Below are positions 59,155 to 64,000 of a stretch of 64,000 bases of DNA, piece after piece (position 1 is the first letter of the stretch; each line of letters opens with the position of its first letter). The notes below the pieces were generated by a model. It ran no database searches, was not told the origin of the DNA, and saw only the letters and a program-made list of their open reading frames with translations. Origin of the DNA: a bacterium (GTDB lineage: Bacteria; UBA8248). A program made the translations under genes and the position numbers. The DNA is taken from assembly GCA_965207065.1 (NCBI GenBank), contig OZ242260.1:864001-928000 (forward strand). Reading direction: 5' to 3'.

Positions 59155-62100
59155 CGGTTCATCCCCGCGTGGGCGGGGAACACGTCTCCATTGAGACCAT
59201 GCGGGTCGGATGCCCCGGTTCATCCCCGCGTGGGCGGGGAACACTGTTTCTGCTTTTCATCTGGTTGATGGCATCCCGGTTCATCCCCGCGTGGGCGGGG
59301 AACACTAGAGGGAAGGGTATAGGTCTACCTAATATACCGGTTCATCCCCGCGTGGGCGGGGAACACGGCACGCGACATGACGAAGATGCAATAGCCCACG
59401 GTTCATCCCCGCGTGGGCGGGGAACACAGGTCGTATTCACCCTCACTCCAGCCTGAGAACGGTTCATCCCCGCGTGGGCGGGGAACACGTGTAGAAGCTC
59501 GTGCATTTTGGAGTCGATTTCGGTTCATCCCCGCGTGGGCGGGGAACACAAGACCGGGCCGCTCCCTATGGGAAAGGCGTCCGGTTCATCCCCGCGTGGG
59601 CGGGGAACACTTTCGACTCTCGTGAGTACGTCCTCGAGCAGCCGGTTCATCCCCGCGTGGGCGGGGAACACGGCTGATTATCCAACGACATATTCACCAC
59701 ATCCGGTTCATCCCCGCGTGGGCGGGGAACACTTCCTCCCCGTCTCGCACGGGGGCATTCCATCCGGTTCATCCCCGCGTGGGCGGGGAACACTTCCTCG
59801 CGTGTGATTGGCATGAGGATTTCTCCGGTTCATCCCCGCGTGGGCGGGGAACACATGCTCTCACGCCACCTAGTGATGTCTTCATCCGGTTCATCCCCGC
59901 GTGGGCGGGGAACACCCACACTCTGTATAAAAATCAGAATCAGGACTCGGTTCATCCCCGCGTGGGCGGGGAACACTGGCCCCGGAACTGGCAAGCCGGT
60001 TCCAGCGCCGGTTCATCCCCGCGTGGGCGGGGAACACCGGCCCGAACTCGGGCCGACCCTACCCGTACCCGGTTCATCCCCGCGTGGGCGGGGAACACTG
60101 GGCGCAGCAGTCAGCCTACGGAATCTACCCCGGTTCATCCCCGCGTGGGCGGGGAACACTCGTCGGAAGACGCCAGCGCGTGGGTGTAATCCGGTTCATC
60201 CCCGCGTGGGCGGGGAACACAAGTTGTATTCCGTGATGATGTGATTGAGGTTCGGTTCATCCCCGCGTGGGCGGGGAACACCTCTCTTGCTCCGAAGAAA
60301 TCGCCGATTATGCCGGTTCATCCCCGCGTGGGCGGGGAACACCATTACGATTCAGTGGATAGGTATCGTCAACTCGGTTCATCCCCGCGTGGGCGGGGAA
60401 CACGTCCAGGCCGGGTATGGAGCCTGGGCTCCAGTCGGTTCATCCCCGCGTGGGCGGGGAACACTCGTCGGAAGACGCCAGCGCGTGGGTGTAATCCGGT
60501 TCATCCCCGCGTGGGCGGGGAACACACGCCCAAGGCTGCCGCGCCGAAGATGTACACCGGTTCATCCCCGCGTGGGCGGGGAACACTACATGGCCCGCAA
60601 GCGCGATGAATGGGCTGCCGGTTCATCCCCGCGTGGGCGGGGAACACACGTACGCCGTAAGAGCCGGTACGTTTCAGGGCGGTTCATCCCCGCGTGGGCG
60701 GGGAACACGCCGGTTCGCTGTTCACGATTGCCGGTTGAACCGGTTCATCCCCGCGTGGGCGGGGAACACGCGATCACGAAGGATTTACTTATGAGCATTA
60801 CCGGTTCATCCCCGCGTGGGCGGGGAACACTAATCAAACGCTCTTCCACTACATTCATATTCCGGTTCATCCCCGCGTGGGCGGGGAACACTTCTTGTCC
60901 AACAAGCTGGCCTCGTTCATCGTCGGTTCATCCCCGCGTGGGCGGGGAACACTGCTGAACAGATGGAGAGCATTAAGACAGGAACGGTTCATCCCCGCGT
61001 GGGCGGGGAACACAAATCTGCGGCAATCACGTAAAAGACGTTTTTCGGTTCATCCCCGCGTGGGCGGGGAACACTGGCAGGCACCAGAGCATGGAGTATT
61101 TGCATACGGTTCATCCCCGCGTGGGCGGGGAACACGGAGATATCGGCAAAGGTGTAATCGGCGATTTCGGTTCATCCCCGCGTGGGCGGGGAACACATCT
61201 ATCCATTCGTAGGAGAGGTAGCTCACGACGGTTCATCCCCGCGTGGGCGGGGAACACGCGTAGATTGTACCATTTCATGTGTCATTCTCCGGTTCATCCC
61301 CGCGTGGGCGGGGAACACCAGCGTCAGCGTTTTTTCGCCTCTCTGGCTGCCGGTTCATCCCCGCGTGGGCGGGGAACACGCGAGTCCGCTGTGTGATGCT
61401 CGCTATGACGGCGGTTCATCCCCGCGTGGGCGGGGAACACGTCTCCCCTATGCGCAAGCGCATCAGAGATGACGGTTCATCCCCGCGTGGGCGGGGAACA
61501 CAGCTCAAGTGCTTCTTCCAACATGGCCCGCCTCGGTTCATCCCCGCGTGGGCGGGGAACACATTCGCAAGGAACCTACCCCTTACCCCTCCCCCGGTTC
61601 ATCCCCGCGTGGGCGGGGAACACTATAAAAATCAAAACATCAACTCTGAAGGAACCGGTTCATCCCCGCGTGGGCGGGGAACACTAGTGTAGAATACGTT
61701 CCTACTTGCCATATTCCGGTTCATCCCCGCGTGGGCGGGGAACACAACAACACTACTGCAAGAACTTTCCCACCAATCGGTTCATCCCCGCGTGGGCGGG
61801 GAACACGCGTATATTGCCTCCCCAAATGGGTGCGGAACCGGTTCATCCCCGCGTGGGCGGGGAACACATATGGGGCCTCTTTGTATTCTTTTGGAACGTC
61901 GGTTCATCCCCGCGTGGGCGGGGAACACAGCACAGCAGGAGGTCGAATATAGTGCGTTACCGGTTCATCCCCGCGTGGGCGGGGAACACTCCCATTGCAT
62001 TTGTGCATTTTATTATTATGTCGGTTCATCCCCGCGTGGGCGGGGAACACTTGGCAAGCCCAGGTCGCGGAAGTATGTGTCCCGGTTCATCCCCGCGTGG

Positions 62101-63407
62101 GCGGGGAACACTGCACCTCTTCTTCGCTTAATTTCTCGTCTAACGGTTCATCCCCGCGTGGGCGGGGAACACCTGTTCCAGTGTTTCCTTTATCAACCAT
62201 AATCCGGTTCATCCCCGCGTGGGCGGGGAACACCTCTCCTCCTCTCCTAATCCCTACCCATTCCTCGGTTCATCCCCGCGTGGGCGGGGAACACATCCTC
62301 GATTTTGTTACGCCAGACTTTAATGTCGGTTCATCCCCGCGTGGGCGGGGAACACATCACGTATAGCCAAGGTACGTTTGAATGGAACCGGTTCATCCCC
62401 GCGTGGGCGGGGAACACGGTAATTACCGGTTTGATACGTTGGGACCATGTATTGCATCGGTTCATCCCCGCGTGGGCGGGGAACACTTCGTTTCCTCGAG
62501 GCTGTGCTTGTTCGGTTCATCCCCGCGTGGGCGGGGAACACCTGTTCCCTTAATGCTCCGAAGGATATGTATCCGGTTCATCCCCGCGTGGGCGGGGAAC
62601 ACTCACCACAGCGTCATGGCGTTTGAATCCCGAAGCTTCGGTTCATCCCCGCGTGGGCGGGGAACACTCTCCTGGAATATTGCAGTTTTAAGACCTCCGG
62701 TTCATCCCCGCGTGGGCGGGGAACACATGCCGGCGAGCAAGCTCGCCGGCATCGAGGCCGGTTCATCCCCGCGTGGGCGGGGAACACCCTGTACGGGGCA
62801 TGAGTGGACATTCTGATTTCGGTTCATCCCCGCGTGGGCGGGGAACACGCTTCTCACAACACCCAGAACCCGCCTTGTCTCGGTTCATCCCCGCGTGGGC
62901 GGGGAACACGGTGGTCGCCTTCGGCTCCCTTGGGTGGTCGCCGGTTCATCCCCGCGTGGGCGGGGAACACGCTCCCTTGGGTGGTCGCGCCTGCCGGCGC
63001 TCCGGTTCATCCCCGCGTGGGCGGGGAACACATTGCGCTGAATGAGTACAGTGTTGTTCATTCGGTTCATCCCCGCGTGGGCGGGGAACACTTTCATCAC
63101 ATATCCTCCTGCGGTTCATCCCCGCGTGGGCCACTCTTTCTGGCCGGCATCGCCGGCCCCTTTCGTCGGTTCATCCCCGCGTGGGCGGGGAACACCAAGG
63201 AGCCCGGCTGCTTCGCCCCGAAGGGTGCGGTTCATCCCCGCGTGGGCGGGGAACACGCATATACAACGTATCCGGCCAACGTACGGTTCATCCCCGCGTG
63301 GGCGGGGCTTTGTCGGTTCATCCCCGCGTGGGCGGGGAACACCTTGCCTGTTTCATAGATGGTTGACGTACTAGCAACCGGTTCATCCCCGCGTGGGCGG
63401 GGAACAC
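59155..63407 (-). CRISPR. Type I-E CRISPR array, 71 repeats (two internally damaged), GTGTTCCCCGCCCACGCGGGGATGAACCG
   Basis: 29-bp repeat with 61-bp period; counted by hand. Confidence 0.98.
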
Positions 63408-63532
63408 TCTTCTTGGAACTCATTGATTCAAAATAGATATTCAGGAGGACTCGGAGTTACCGGCTTTTTCGGGGCTTTGCTTAAAGTTTCAATCATGGCG
63501 TAATACGGCTCCTTAATACATGTTCAGCCGTT
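63408..63532 (-). promoter_or_regulatory. CRISPR leader with IHF-like site (AATCAATGAGTTC, 63416-63428)
   Basis: AT-rich segment between cas2 and first repeat; one mismatch to WATCAANNNNTTR. Confidence 0.75.

Positions 63533-64000
<468 letters not shown>

Noticed and set aside
59155-59244. N-terminus of the 513-aa ORF 57703..59244
   Set aside because: Start lies inside CRISPR repeats; recombinase similarity begins only at 59154
59155-63407. Spacers targeting sequences within this window
   Set aside because: No match noticed by eye; an exact search was not possible, so none is claimed
59413-63423. Many ORFs with RFIPAWAGNT / VHPRVGGEH / GSSPRGRGT repeats
   Set aside because: Translations of the CRISPR repeat, not genes

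Overview
GC-rich bacterial chromosome segment in three parts. (1) 1-33.8 kb is housekeeping and catabolic: crcB, a Panacea antitoxin-toxin pair, futalosine menaquinone genes (mqnE/mqnA/mqnC plus a deaminase, with mqnA read in frame into an amidase), an ATP-grasp/alpha-E/transglutaminase operon, and a TAXI-TRAP + hydantoinase/oxoprolinase + aminotransferase cluster. It also holds two probable selenoproteins that the ORF track misses or truncates (AhpD/CMD-like CxxU; DsrE-like UxxC) and many REP/MITE-like intergenic repeats. (2) ~34.2-53.6 kb is a decaying integrative mobilizable element: two tandem tyrosine integrases, HU/IHF, a MOBF relaxase split at its Walker A motif by a RIT element with 91-bp inverted repeats, ssb, DUF4326, DUF2493, a zinc-finger repeat protein, a small gene disrupted by an antisense group II intron, and a NYN nuclease. 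(3) 53.66-64 kb is a type I-E CRISPR locus (cas1 end, cas2, leader, 71 repeats counted by hand). The most striking observations are in part 3. What looks like the array's terminal repeat lies 5467 bp away from the rest, and the intervening DNA starts and ends mid-gene exactly at the repeat boundaries, like a giant spacer. Spacer length also changes from strictly 32 bp (old end) to 6-40 bp (leader end). Family assignments come from motif recognition only; no searches were run.
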